This document shows positions 63,601 through 64,000 of a DNA stretch of 64,000 nucleotides, one piece after another. The notes under the pieces are model-generated. The model was not told the origin of the DNA and ran no database searches. It was given only the letters and a program-made list of their open reading frames with translations. Within the stretch, counting starts at the first letter, position 1. Every line of letters begins with the position of its first letter. A program made the position numbers and the translations under genes. Source of the stretch: Felis catus (taxonomy: Eukaryota); assembly GCF_018350175.1 (NCBI RefSeq), contig NC_058383.1, forward strand, positions 6,884,001-6,948,000, given 5' to 3'.

Positions 63601-64000
63601 ACCGATTCAATTTCTTCGCTGGTTATGGGTCTGTTCAAGCTTTCTATTTCCTCCTGATTGAGTTTTGGAAGTGTGTGGGTGTTTAGGAATTTGTCCATTT
63701 CTTCCAGGTTGTCCAGTTTGTTGGCATATAATTTTTCACAGTATTCCCTGATAATTGCTTGTATTTCTGAGGGATTGGTTGTAATAATTCCATTTTCATT
63801 CATGATTTTATCTATTTGGGTCATCTCCCTTTTCTTTTTGAGAAGCCTGGCTAGAGGTTGGAAATTTTGTTTATTTTTTCAAAAAACTAACTCTTGGTTT
63901 CATTGATGTGCTCTACAGTTTTTTTAGATTCTGTATTTTTTATTTCTGCTCTGATCTTTATTATTTCTCTTCTGCTGCTGAGTCTGGGGTGTCTTTGCTG
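60655..64000 (-). mobile_element. Young felid L1 nested in the previous L1 (runs off window), with a SINEC_Fc at 61487-61723 (-)
   Basis: Own tail and 3'UTR; ORF2 nearly intact; SINE TSD atccggatgtcttcttt. Confidence 0.95.

Overview
Mammalian genomic DNA from a felid (young SINEC_Fc-type CAN-SINEs and cat-type LINE-1 5'UTR). The window holds about 20 kb of upstream sequence and coding exons 1-11 of a + strand cytochrome P450 CYP3A gene (ATG 20205; all eleven exons have GT-AG ends and the canonical CYP3A sizes 71/94/53/100/114/89/149/128/67/161/227 nt; frame open to codon 418). Exons 12-13, with the heme-binding Cys, lie beyond the window. Upstream I recognise, by comparison with the human CYP3A4 regulatory region as I recall it, a CLEM4-like liver enhancer (~10.2-10.4 kb), an XREM homolog (~17.6-17.8 kb) and the proximal promoter. 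The rest is mainly nested L1, SINE and LTR insertions, which account for nearly all ORFs in the supplied track. Main observations: (1) the conserved I-helix threonine is proline (AGYEPTS, T309P); (2) the PXR/CAR elements appear remodelled (proximal ER6 is an ER3; XREM dNR1 has lost a half-site); (3) two independent 1.4-kb L1 insertions start at the same L1 nucleotide; (4) an antisense ORF0-like frame in an intronic L1 5'UTR could splice in frame to exon 5; (5) signs of local L1-to-L1 copying. I found no evidence for a wholly new gene system; the findings are hypotheses about this locus.
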